A stretch of 64,000 nt of DNA from a bacterium (GCA_037129835.1 JBAXUE010000003.1:18793-82792), one strand, 5' to 3'; counted from the stretch's first letter, positions 46,873-55,888 are shown. Numbers and translations are program-made. Notes: a model not told the origin generated them from the letters alone.

Positions 46873-47454
46873 TTAGTATTTTTCTGATAAAATTTGGTAA
46901 AAAGCTTGTGGATGATCACAAACAGGGCAAATTTTTGGTGGTTCCGTACCTTCATGTACGTAGCCGCATTCACGACAAGTCCACCAAGTTTTTTCACCTC
47001 TTTTGAAGGCAATATCTTGTTCCAGGACGTTTAAAAGCTGGGTGTATCTGTGAAAATGATGATCCTCTGCTTCACCAATATCCGTTAGGCGTGCAGCAAT
47101 CTTGTCTAGCCCCTCTTCTTTGGCGGTTTTTGCAAAGTCAGGGTACATAGTGGACTTTTCGAAATCTTCACCGGCTATAGCTGCTTTTAAGTTTTCCTTA
47201 GTTGTATCCCAAACATTAGGTACTTCTGCATCAATCTTGATTGCTGGATAACTAACGTCGTTTTTTTTGAGTTCTTGGATGTGTTTCATTAGCATCTTGG
47301 CATGCGTTTTTTCTTGGTTGGCAGTTTCTTCAAATACGCCGGCAATTTGTTCGTAACCCTCATCTCTTGCCACCTTTGCGTAGATAGTATATCTATTTCT
47401 TGCTTGGCTTTCACCGGCAAAAGCTTTCGCTAGGTTTTCAATTGTCTTTTCCAT
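46873..47454 (-). CDS. rbr: Rubrerythrin
   Basis: AFAGESQARNRY, ExxH di-iron motifs, C-terminal CRECG...CPVC.HPQ. Confidence 0.95.
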   Translation of the reverse strand: MEKTIENLAKAFAGESQARNRYTIYAKVARDEGYEQIAGVFEETANQEKTHAKMLMKHIQELKKNDVSYPAIKIDAEVPNVWDTTKENLKAAIAGEDFEKSTMYPDFAKTAKEEGLDKIAARLTDIGEAEDHHFHRYTQLLNVLEQDIAFKRGEKTWWTCRECGYVHEGTEPPKICPVCDHPQAFYQILSEKY

Positions 47455-47553
47455 TTCTTCTCCTTTGCTAAGTTTATTTTACTATATTATAGCATTCTAT
47501 GAAGCCCCCGTAATAGTATTTGTATCTATACGGCGGTAGTTTATAATACAAAT

Positions 47554-47724
47554 ATGGATAATAAAGAAAAAGCAGAGAAAATAGAAGAACTGTATCAGAG
47601 GTCTTTAGATGAATTAACCATACTTAACAAAAAGCAAATGCAGATTATAAGGGATTTTCATAAAAAACTTGAAGAAATAAAGATAAAAGAAATCCAAAAT
47701 AAACTGGGGAAAAACGATGAGTAG
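47554..47724 (+). CDS. 56 aa charged helical/coiled-coil protein (below the ORF-track cutoff)
   Basis: MDNKEKAEKIEELYQRSLDELTILNKKQMQIIRDFHKKLEEIKIKEIQNKLGKNDE; TATAAT 6 nt upstream; stop overlaps the next start. Confidence 0.65.
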   Translation: MDNKEKAEKIEELYQRSLDELTILNKKQMQIIRDFHKKLEEIKIKEIQNKLGKNDE

Positions 47725-50056
47725 TTCTTCAGAAACCTTGGCTCCGCCACAGCCAGAGACTCAAAAAACGCCTGATAGCTTGGCAGAGCAAGGTGAGATG
47801 CCTATTACCGACGAACAACTAAAGGCTATTGTCGAAGGGGACTCCGAAAGTTTAACAAGGGGCGCTAGTGCTGTAAAAAAGCTTTCCGAAGGTGTTTTAA
47901 GAGCAGGTTCTGATTATGGCACGACAACCGAAGAAGCAGTCAGAGTGGCAACGGAAACGGGCGCAACAGAAGAACTTGCCACCAATGACGCATTAGCCGA
48001 ACAAGTTGTAGAGGACTTTGGACGAGGTTCCGCGGCCATTGTAGCGGAAGGAACTGCAGCTCCGGTAGTGGATATCGCGGAGTCGCCAGACTCACCAGCC
48101 TCTTCCCCGATATGGGTTGTTACTAGCGGCGAAGTTAACCCTATGGATATAGCTCGCCAAGCGAGTGAGGTAGTGCCCGAAGCTCAATCCGAAGCTATTG
48201 CGCAAGACACAACCGAAGCCGGTACTGAAATACGGGGAACCGTGGAAAAAGAACAAAGTCTTTCCGTGACAGAGAGAGCGGGAGAGATGCTCCGTGCCTA
48301 CTCGGAAGTACGTGGGAAAATAATACTAGAGCAAAAACTGGCACGTGAATCAGAAAAATTACAGAGACCTTTGACACCCGTAGAAACTGACGAAATAACC
48401 AAAGAGGTTTCTGCAAGAATTAGAAAAACAACAGAATATTTTGAATCAGTTGATAAAGAAAGAAGCCCAGAGACTCCGCTTGCGAGGGTTGCATCCATCT
48501 ACGAGGGGCTTGGAGATGTCGATAAAGATGCCTTGGAGGCACACATGAAGCTAGTAATAGAGTTAGCCTTTAATCAACAAATCGACAACCCAGAGCAGTA
48601 TTGTTCTCATGGTTTTGACCACACTTTAAGCGTTGCTGAATACACCAAACAGGTAGCCGAAAATAATTCAGAAATAATCAGTAAAGTACAAGCTCAATAC
48701 GGTATTACTGAGGCGGAAGCGATGTTTCTTCTAGAAACTGTTGCGCTTTTTCACGATTTTGGTTATCCGACAATTGGCCAAAGAAGTAAGGCTGCCCATG
48801 GTATTACTGGAGCAGAAATAATTTCTCAAGACCAATCACTCGCGCCGTTATTGGGGTCAGGAGATAGGGTGGGCCTGGTCGGTGTTGATCCTGATAAAAG
48901 GGATGCCCTTGCCCATGATTTGAGGGATGCAGTACTTTTGCATTCGGCTGATAAGGTAGAAAGTCATTTCTCGGTCAAGGTTGTATCTAGAAAGGGCACA
49001 TTTTTAACAAGTGCAGGTAATGTAGATGAGGTTGTCTCCACTTTTACATCCCCAGACACCGAAACGGGGGCTCCGTCAGAAGAATCAACCGAGATTTATG
49101 TAGCTAGAGGTAGTGATATGGACGTATTGGATGGCATCAGAATCGCTCGTGAACAGTCAGAGGACCCAGGTAAACCAATTGAAGTCATAGTGGTTGATAA
49201 TGGGCTTGAAGTGGGTAAATGGCGTTATGGTGATTCGGAGGGCGAGCCAAGCCTAATAACTGTACATGTCACTGACGAAGGATTTGAAGGTAGGTCAGCT
49301 GACTTGCACGAGAATAAGGACAAAATGATCGGTCTTGAATATTCAGAAGTAGATATTGAGGATGAGCCACTCCAAGGTGTTATTCGTGTAGCTGATAATA
49401 TGGACATGAGAAGAGTGCGTCTATCTGAGACTCAGTTAGACCCAGCCTTTCAAGAAATATATGAAGCATTTGGTGATATGGGGGACCATTCTATGGCCCT
49501 CGCCAGTTTTGAAAAACTAGAAGATGACTGGCAAAAATTATCTGATGAACAAAGCGGAAAAAAGGATGAAATTAAGACCCGGGTCCAAGAAACCTTATTA
49601 AAATTGGAGTTCTCTGAAGAACAAATTATCGCGGTATTAACGGCGGAAGATTTCCCTAGATCTGCTACTGAAATGCTAAAAGAGCAAATTATCCAAAGTA
49701 TCCTTAGCCAAGATAGGTATAGCGGTTATGAACAACCCCAACGAGATGCTATCGAAGAGATATCCATGTCTCAAAATTCAGAAGCGATGCGTCACTTTGA
49801 TGGCTGTATGGCTATTGAGGGGGTAGAGTTATCCGGATCGATGCTGACTGTTACTGTCGACAGAAAAGCGTTTGAACGCTTAAACAAATTTGGTGCTGAT
49901 GAAAAAGCAGCGGGTATAATACCCATAGGGGCATACCAGATATGGAGAGCCATACAGGCCTACGGTAGTCTCACGGTGGGGAAACAGCTTATTAACGTCA
50001 GGGTTGTGGATCAAGAGGGGGAAGAGATTGAATTACCGTTTACGACCAAGGCCTAA
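47717..50056 (+). CDS. Large acidic protein with an HD-superfamily phosphohydrolase domain
   Basis: HGFDH...LFHDFG...H...LLHS...RVADNMD; long acidic N-terminal region. Confidence 0.75.
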   Translation: MSSSSETLAPPQPETQKTPDSLAEQGEMPITDEQLKAIVEGDSESLTRGASAVKKLSEGVLRAGSDYGTTTEEAVRVATETGATEELATNDALAEQVVEDFGRGSAAIVAEGTAAPVVDIAESPDSPASSPIWVVTSGEVNPMDIARQASEVVPEAQSEAIAQDTTEAGTEIRGTVEKEQSLSVTERAGEMLRAYSEVRGKIILEQKLARESEKLQRPLTPVETDEITKEVSARIRKTTEYFESVDKERSPETPLARVASIYEGLGDVDKDALEAHMKLVIELAFNQQIDNPEQYCSHGFDHTLSVAEYTKQVAENNSEIISKVQAQYGITEAEAMFLLETVALFHDFGYPTIGQRSKAAHGITGAEIISQDQSLAPLLGSGDRVGLVGVDPDKRDALAHDLRDAVLLHSADKVESHFSVKVVSRKGTFLTSAGNVDEVVSTFTSPDTETGAPSEESTEIYVARGSDMDVLDGIRIAREQSEDPGKPIEVIVVDNGLEVGKWRYGDSEGEPSLITVHVTDEGFEGRSADLHENKDKMIGLEYSEVDIEDEPLQGVIRVADNMDMRRVRLSETQLDPAFQEIYEAFGDMGDHSMALASFEKLEDDWQKLSDEQSGKKDEIKTRVQETLLKLEFSEEQIIAVLTAEDFPRSATEMLKEQIIQSILSQDRYSGYEQPQRDAIEEISMSQNSEAMRHFDGCMAIEGVELSGSMLTVTVDRKAFERLNKFGADEKAAGIIPIGAYQIWRAIQAYGSLTVGKQLINVRVVDQEGEEIELPFTTKA

Positions 50057-50086
50057 TTTAATAAATATTATTAGAAAGGAAAAACT

Positions 50087-50857
50087 ATGAGAATGCCAGA
50101 AAATTCTAATGGTAATATAGAGCGTCTTAAAGAAGAAGCATTAAATAAATGGAATTTATCATATTCAGGAATACTTGAGGCGCGAATACAAGAATTTGTT
50201 AAACAAGAAAACAAGATGGTTAAGGTTGTGGATAAATTGCAACCGACCGAAACATTTATTGTCGGTGATGAAAAGGCAACATTGAATCACCGGTTACTTG
50301 GGGGTGGTGTTGGAGACATCGGGGGCACTATCGAAAATAGCATAGAAGCAGATCATTATCGTAAGTATGCTTGGTGGCGCAATGCTTTTGACCAGGGAGG
50401 ATTGGAATACAAAATGTCTGAGCTTTCCGTTATCTCTTTGGCGAAAGAGGCTGGGGTAGAAGATTCAGATATATTTCGAGCATCAACTGTTTTATCAAAA
50501 TATCGTTTTGAATTAGGCGAAAAAACCACCCATGAAATGAGCGAGTGGGTAATGGAGGAAATATTTAAGATATTAGCACCAAAACTTCTACCAGACTACA
50601 GACCCATGATAGCTGATTCTGCTCTCAGAATCATACCACTTACAAAGGAAGCACAAGAGGCTAGGACCGAAGATAATTCCGCATGGGAGAGATCCTTGCA
50701 AACAATTCGTGAAGCATCTGTTCAGTTGGATCAAATTTTTCGAGATGAGTCGCTACGTTCCCGTCAAGCAATAGGGAGTGAAGAACCCACCCTTACTAGT
50801 CAATTAATACAACAGAATACAGACATACAACCCGAGAACGCCAACCCTGACTGGTAG
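50087..50857 (+). CDS. Hypothetical protein
   Basis: 256 aa ORF with AAGGA SD; no recognised motif. Confidence 0.6.
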   Translation: MRMPENSNGNIERLKEEALNKWNLSYSGILEARIQEFVKQENKMVKVVDKLQPTETFIVGDEKATLNHRLLGGGVGDIGGTIENSIEADHYRKYAWWRNAFDQGGLEYKMSELSVISLAKEAGVEDSDIFRASTVLSKYRFELGEKTTHEMSEWVMEEIFKILAPKLLPDYRPMIADSALRIIPLTKEAQEARTEDNSAWERSLQTIREASVQLDQIFRDESLRSRQAIGSEEPTLTSQLIQQNTDIQPENANPDW

Positions 50858-50904
50858 GCCCCTTGTCGTACTTTGTATATAAGTAGTTTTATGACTCAAA
50901 TGAT

Positions 50905-51672
50905 TTATCTGAGAGTTCCGCTAAATACTTGCCATGCGAGAAGGGCCTTAGCGACTAAAGAAAAAGTTATATAAGCATATTCGCCATATATATAATCTTT
51001 CCATTTTCCGACCTTTTTGTACTGAAGAATCATATTAATCGAGAAAACATTGAAGGCGATAAATAGACTCCAGAAAATGGCGTAAACAAAGTCTGGCACT
51101 GCGCTTCCTCCTGCTGCTAAAGCATTGTAAAAATATAGTCCCATTACTACCCAGGGCATTGAGCCGGCAAAACAACCGAATAAGTACGCAGTCCAGTCCA
51201 CCTTCTTTGTTGTTTGGTTTTGAATCTCCATCATCCAACCGAATAAAATCATGCATGCGTTTAATGAAAAGATCAAAATAAGTGTCGATAAATCATAAAT
51301 ACCACAGAGGATAGCAATAACAACTACCATCATTGAAGAAGTGATAGAATATTCAGCCCATCTAAAAAGATTCATTCCTTTTTGAATTTGTTCTTCGTAC
51401 TTTTTACGCCAAACGAAAGCCGAGCCAAGCAAAAATAGCCCAGACAATAGCAAGAACGAAGCTACTATCGGTCCTAGCTGCCACTGAGCAAAGGCAACTC
51501 CATAAGCTGGGGTTGGCATACCGGGAATATTTCCTTGCTTACCTAAGTAACTAGTAGTGATCTGCGCGAAGGCATCTTTATTTGATATTGTCCACATCAC
51601 AACACCTTGCGCGAAAAGTATAATACCGACAATAGCATTATATATTCTGAGATTTTTTAGTCTTTTTTCCAT
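50905..51672 (-). CDS. Heliorhodopsin
   Basis: Seven TMs; NxxRWxEYSxTSSxM, ILFGWxME and SLVAK (retinal-binding Lys) LLAWQ motifs. Confidence 0.92.
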   Translation of the reverse strand: MEKRLKNLRIYNAIVGIILFAQGVVMWTISNKDAFAQITTSYLGKQGNIPGMPTPAYGVAFAQWQLGPIVASFLLLSGLFLLGSAFVWRKKYEEQIQKGMNLFRWAEYSITSSMMVVVIAILCGIYDLSTLILIFSLNACMILFGWMMEIQNQTTKKVDWTAYLFGCFAGSMPWVVMGLYFYNALAAGGSAVPDFVYAIFWSLFIAFNVFSINMILQYKKVGKWKDYIYGEYAYITFSLVAKALLAWQVFSGTLR

Positions 51673-51823
51673 ATTTACCCCTTTCTATGAAGATGGTACA
51701 CCTTATTATCTAAATAAAAAAGGCCACTACTTGGTCATTAATTTTAGCGATCTTTATCTTCAATATATTTTTAACATTTTTTCCCGTTAAACTCAGCTTT
51801 TGGCTCTGTTCAGAGCAATGTGT

Positions 51824-51893
51824 CCATTCGACTATGCTCAGGGAATTCTGGCTTGTAATCTTTTGCCCTTCGACTCGCTTACTCGCTCAGGGC
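51824..51893 (+). repeat. Two REP-like TTCGACT..GCTCAGGG units
   Basis: CCATTCGACTATGCTCAGGG at 51824 and GCCCTTCGACTCGCTTACTCGCTCAGGGC at 51865. Confidence 0.6.
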
Positions 51894-51916
51894 ATAAATC
51901 TCCTTTATGAGATTTA

Positions 51917-52006
51917 TGGCGGAAGGGGTGGGATTCGAACCCACGATACCATTGCTGGTATGACGGTTTTCAAGACCGTTCGATTCAACCGCTCTCGCAC
52001 CCTTCC
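51917..52006 (-). tRNA. tRNA-Ser(TGA)
   Basis: ACGGT-CTTGAAA-ACCGT anticodon arm, long variable arm, GGTTCGAATCC, CCA. Confidence 0.95.
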
Positions 52007-52035
52007 GTGCGGCAGGATAACCTGCTCTAAACCTC

Positions 52036-52215
52036 TTAATATACGATGCCGGGCACCTCCTTTGATGGACCCCTATAACACTCCGAAACCGGACCATCTG
52101 GTCCCATTCCTCTGCCATAACAATTGTATCCAAAAAAATAAAAATAAATAATGACCCCGGCTGTTACGGCTGCAATTACAGCTAGCAAAGATAAGCACAT
52201 TTTCCTTGAAATCAT
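52036..52215 (-). CDS. 59 aa single-pass small protein between two tRNA-Ser genes
   Basis: MISRKMCLSLLAVIAAVTAGVIIYFYFFGYNCYGRGMGPDGPVSECYRGPSKEVPGIVY; AAGGA SD upstream. Confidence 0.5.
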   Translation of the reverse strand: MISRKMCLSLLAVIAAVTAGVIIYFYFFGYNCYGRGMGPDGPVSECYRGPSKEVPGIVY

Positions 52216-52233
52216 TGAGTTGCTTCCTTATAT

Positions 52234-52326
52234 TGGCGGAGAGGGAGGGATTCGAACCCTCGCGCCAGGTTACCCCGACCTACAGGTTTAGCAAACCCGC
52301 CCCTTCAGCCTCTTGGGTACCTCTCC
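52234..52326 (-). tRNA. tRNA-Ser(GCT)
   Basis: CGGGT-TTGCTAA-ACCTG anticodon arm, long variable arm, GGTTCGAATCC, CCA. Confidence 0.95.
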
Positions 52327-52434
52327 GCATTAGCTCAAGCTATTTAGCTCATATTGCCGTCAAATTATACTTGATTTAGGCTTATTAAACAAGTAAAACT
52401 TGTGAAAATCTGTATAGCAGGCTATATTTCTTAT

Positions 52435-53337
52435 ATGACTTTAGATAAAGAAATACAAAATAAGAAGACAAAATATATTATTTTGGCATTTTCAGTGTTG
52501 ATTTTAGGAACCATACTAATCGTTGGATTAAAGTTATTAACAGTACAATTAGCAAAAGAATACCTACGCAAAGCAGAAAACACTACTACTAATACTGATA
52601 GACTAAAGTACTCGGAGACCTCGGCAGCGCTAAACGAAACCGAGGCGGCAATAGTTTTGGCAGGGGAATCGGCCTATGCCTTAAAAGACTATCAGCTAGC
52701 AATTCAGTATTATACAAGGCTTAATAACAATGTCGGTAAATTAGGCTCTGCAGAAGCATATTATCAGCTAGGTAGGTACGATAGCGCGAAAGAATTATTT
52801 CATGATTATAGTATTACGGACCTGACGGACTCGGAATATGAGCTATTAATTAAAACAGATCTAAGTCGAGGTGATATTAATTCAGTAAGAAAAGAGTTGG
52901 CGGGTTTCAAAACCGATGATCCATCTCGGGGTTTCTTAAATAATACTTATTGTCGAATAGACTACAGAGAAAATCCGGAGTGTTCTGCGATATACGTCTT
53001 AGACAAAATTAATCTAACAGAAACTGATAAGACTTACCTGTTGTCTACGGCATATAATTACTTTAATACGCAGAGTTTTCCACAAACAGCGTTAGCCTTA
53101 CTTAGAGAGGGGCGTGAAAAAGACCTTATTACGCGAGATGGCCTAAATTCGCTTGCAAATACGGATGAAACAAATGGAAATTTGAATTTAGCCTACAAAG
53201 AATTGGTTGAATCTCTAGCAAAAGATCAATATTATCCACAAACTTATCAACAGCTTATTTCTGTCGCAGAAAAACTCGGAGATAAGACTGCGGTATCAGA
53301 ATACCAAACTATACTAACAGGACTATATATTACGTAG
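52435..53337 (+). CDS. Membrane-anchored TPR-repeat protein
   Basis: N-terminal TM; AGESAY..KDY..AIQYY and AEAYYQLGRYDSA TPR patterns. Confidence 0.75.
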   Translation: MTLDKEIQNKKTKYIILAFSVLILGTILIVGLKLLTVQLAKEYLRKAENTTTNTDRLKYSETSAALNETEAAIVLAGESAYALKDYQLAIQYYTRLNNNVGKLGSAEAYYQLGRYDSAKELFHDYSITDLTDSEYELLIKTDLSRGDINSVRKELAGFKTDDPSRGFLNNTYCRIDYRENPECSAIYVLDKINLTETDKTYLLSTAYNYFNTQSFPQTALALLREGREKDLITRDGLNSLANTDETNGNLNLAYKELVESLAKDQYYPQTYQQLISVAEKLGDKTAVSEYQTILTGLYIT

Positions 53338-53364
53338 TGCTAACTGTAGATGTTTCTTCGCCAA

Positions 53365-53380
53365 TGTTTCACGTGAAACA
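53365..53380. promoter_or_regulatory. parS site (intergenic)
   Basis: Perfect TGTTTCACGTGAAACA within a 26 bp palindrome (53360-53385). Confidence 0.9.
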
Positions 53381-53438
53381 TTGGCTACGACCTGACGGCC
53401 TGAAACATATTTAGTAAACAGAGGCATTCGGTCTTATA

Positions 53439-55553
53439 TTACTTAGGCCACAAGCTAATTATTAGAGGTTTTTCTTCTTTTAGCTCTTCCCAAATAGTTT
53501 CTGTTAAAAATGGCATAAATGGATGGAGCATTCTTAGCGAATTCCTTAGTACATAGTCGAGCGTGTGTTGCGCTGCAACTTTGCTTTTGTCGTTATCTTG
53601 AATTCTGGTTTTTGCGTTTTCTATATATATGTCACAGAAATCATGCCAAAAAAAGGAATATACCGATTCTGCTGCAATACTTAGTTTGTAGCCCTCAATT
53701 GCTTTCGTTACGACTTTTAAGGTAGATTCGTATTTAATTAAGATATCTTTATCAGCTTGGGTTAATTCTTTTTCAATTGTTTCACGTGAAACAATTTTAT
53801 AATCTTCTAGGTTCATTAAGACAAAACGTGCTGCATTCCAAACTTTATTTGCGAAATGCTTCTGTCCCTTGATGTTTTCCTCAGAAACAGCTACGTCGTT
53901 CTCAATTAAGGCGCCCCAAACCAAGCTCATTCGGAGTGCGTCGGAGCCATATTTATCCACCATCTCTACTGGATCAATCACGTTACCTTTGGATTTACTA
54001 ATCTTTAAGCCTTGTTTATCACGAACAAGTCCATGTAAAACCACATTTTCGAAAGGAGTTTCACCTGTTTCGTAAATTCCGAGCATCATCATGCGGATTA
54101 CCCAGAATGGTAATATGTCGGCAGCGGTTTCCATTACAGTAGTAGGGTAAAAATAGTCGAAATCTTCTTTGCTGTTTACTTCTAGGGCAGCGAAAGGCCA
54201 TTGGCCAGATGAAAACCAAGTATCGAAGGTATCTTTATCCTGGGTGAGCTTGGACGAACCACAATGAGTACAGGTAGGAGGTACTTCCCCTGCAGTGATT
54301 GTCCACTTATTACAACCAGCACAATGCCAAGCAGGAATTCTTATTCCCCATACTATCTGCCGGCTGATGTTCCAGTCACGTAGATTTGTAAGCCAGTGCA
54401 TCGCAGTCTTTTCGAATTTTCTGGCGTTAAAGGTCGTTTGTTTGTTTTCTATCGCAGAGAGTGCAGATTCGGCTAGTTTTTCTACCTTAATAAACCACTG
54501 ATCTTCTAATAAGGGTTCTATAACGGTATTACAACGATAGCACTTACCAACGGAATGGTGCAAATCTTCTGTTTTTGTTAATAATTTGGCTTCCTCGAGC
54601 CTTTTTATTGTTAGCTCTCTAGCTGCTTTCGGCCGCAGTCCCACGTATTCTTCTGGAACATTCTGCATTTTTCCTTCTTTGCTGATGATAGAAATAAGCG
54701 GAAGGTTGTGTTTCTGTCCTATTTCATAATCTGTAGCATCGTGGGCAGGAGTAACCTTGAGCGCGCCCGTACCGAACCCTATTTCTACAAGCTCATCAGC
54801 TATTATTGGCACTTCCCTTCCTATGAGTGGAATAGTAGCGATCTTGCCAACTAGGCTTCCCAGTTTTTTGTCTTTTGGGTTCACCGCTACTGCGACATCG
54901 GCAAATATGGTTTCTGGTCTAGTGGTTGCAATAGTCACGGTACCATAATCTAGGTAGTATAGTTTGTCGTCTTGTTCTTTGTAATCAACCTCAAGTTGAG
55001 AAAAGGCAGTTCCACAGCGGACACAGTAGTTCACTACTCTCTCGCCTCGATATATTAAGTCGTCCTTGAAAAGCTTATTAAACGTTCGATAGACTACTTT
55101 GACAATCGCTGGATCTAGGGTGTATTTACCTCTGGACCAGTCACAAGAGGCACCGAGTGCTCTAAGTTGATTCTCCATATTATTACGGTTATCCACAACA
55201 TAATCCCATATCATTTGGTATAGTGTATCGCGATCATAGTCGAACCTGCTTTTGCCTTCTTTGGCCAATTTTTTCTCAAATACGTATTGCGTTTCTATGC
55301 CTGCATGATCTGCCCCGGGGACCCATAAAGTAGGGCGTCCCTTCATTCTCCAGTAGCGAGTGAGGATATCTTCTACGAATACGAAGCGAGCATGACCGAT
55401 GTGCAGATTGTCATTCGCATTTGGTGGAGGCATTATTATAGTAAAGGGCTTTTCACCTTTTTTGATTATTGGCTTAAAGTAGCCATTATCTTCCCAAAAT
55501 TTGTATATTCTTTTTTCGTTTTCGGCCGGGCTGTATGCTTTTGCCATTTCCAT
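53439..55553 (-). CDS. valS: Valine--tRNA ligase (short form)
   Basis: PPPN..LHIGH, DHAGIETQ, TTRPET, GTGALKVTPAHD, DWNISRQ.WG, DTWFSS, KISKS motifs. Confidence 0.96.
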   Translation of the reverse strand: MEMAKAYSPAENEKRIYKFWEDNGYFKPIIKKGEKPFTIIMPPPNANDNLHIGHARFVFVEDILTRYWRMKGRPTLWVPGADHAGIETQYVFEKKLAKEGKSRFDYDRDTLYQMIWDYVVDNRNNMENQLRALGASCDWSRGKYTLDPAIVKVVYRTFNKLFKDDLIYRGERVVNYCVRCGTAFSQLEVDYKEQDDKLYYLDYGTVTIATTRPETIFADVAVAVNPKDKKLGSLVGKIATIPLIGREVPIIADELVEIGFGTGALKVTPAHDATDYEIGQKHNLPLISIISKEGKMQNVPEEYVGLRPKAARELTIKRLEEAKLLTKTEDLHHSVGKCYRCNTVIEPLLEDQWFIKVEKLAESALSAIENKQTTFNARKFEKTAMHWLTNLRDWNISRQIVWGIRIPAWHCAGCNKWTITAGEVPPTCTHCGSSKLTQDKDTFDTWFSSGQWPFAALEVNSKEDFDYFYPTTVMETAADILPFWVIRMMMLGIYETGETPFENVVLHGLVRDKQGLKISKSKGNVIDPVEMVDKYGSDALRMSLVWGALIENDVAVSEENIKGQKHFANKVWNAARFVLMNLEDYKIVSRETIEKELTQADKDILIKYESTLKVVTKAIEGYKLSIAAESVYSFFWHDFCDIYIENAKTRIQDNDKSKVAAQHTLDYVLRNSLRMLHPFMPFLTETIWEELKEEKPLIISLWPK
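53778..53793. promoter_or_regulatory. parS site (inside valS)
   Basis: Second perfect TGTTTCACGTGAAACA. Confidence 0.85.
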
Positions 55554-55565
55554 ATTTGTTTTCCT

Positions 55566-55730
55566 TATATAAAAACCACACCTAGCTCAGGAGCCCTCTC
55601 GGGCGGTACCATCCTGATTCCTTAGTGTGGGATACTTACTCTTCTGCTATTACGGGCTTACCCGTCGGGTTCTAATTGCTAAATGCTTTCTTCCCGAGAC
55701 TCACTAGTGACTAGCTAGCTCGATGTCTGT
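55566..55730 (-). promoter_or_regulatory. T-box riboswitch (ultrashort stem I, Val GUC specifier) upstream of valS
   Basis: Antiterminator UCAGGA-UGGUACC-GCCC-GAGA-GGGC-UCCUGA (55587-55617); stem II with GAA/AGAA; stem IIA CGGGU-AA-GCCCG; GUC at 55709-55711. Confidence 0.88.
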
Positions 55731-55736
55731 GACAGA

Positions 55737-55765
55737 ATTTTAGAATATTTTATCGTTTTTGTCAA
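55737..55765 (-). promoter_or_regulatory. Sigma70 promoter of the T-box/valS unit
   Basis: TTGACA-17 nt-TAAAAT. Confidence 0.8.
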
Positions 55766-55774
55766 TTAACACTA

Positions 55775-55803
55775 TTGACAATAATGCAATATTATGTTAG
55801 TAT
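55775..55803 (+). promoter_or_regulatory. Divergent sigma70 promoter
   Basis: TTGACA-17 nt-TAGTAT. Confidence 0.65.
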
Positions 55804-55888
55804 ATCCTAGTTCCGTAAGGAACAGCACCTTGCAGTAGTAGTTGTAGTCGCTAGCCATAAAGGTTAGCCCACACCACAGGAGGCAGTA

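Noticed and set aside
46105-51916. tRNA-anchored genomic island bounded by att repeats
   Set aside because: The similar ends are two complete tRNA-Ser genes; there is no integrase and no truncated tRNA copy
51834-52151. 105 aa and 84 aa ORFs
   Set aside because: They overlap tRNA-Ser(TGA) and are spurious
52007-52233. SRP or 6S RNA between the tRNAs
   Set aside because: Only AAGGAAGCA matches the SRP motif and it lacks the surrounding helix; an SD plus small ORF explains it better
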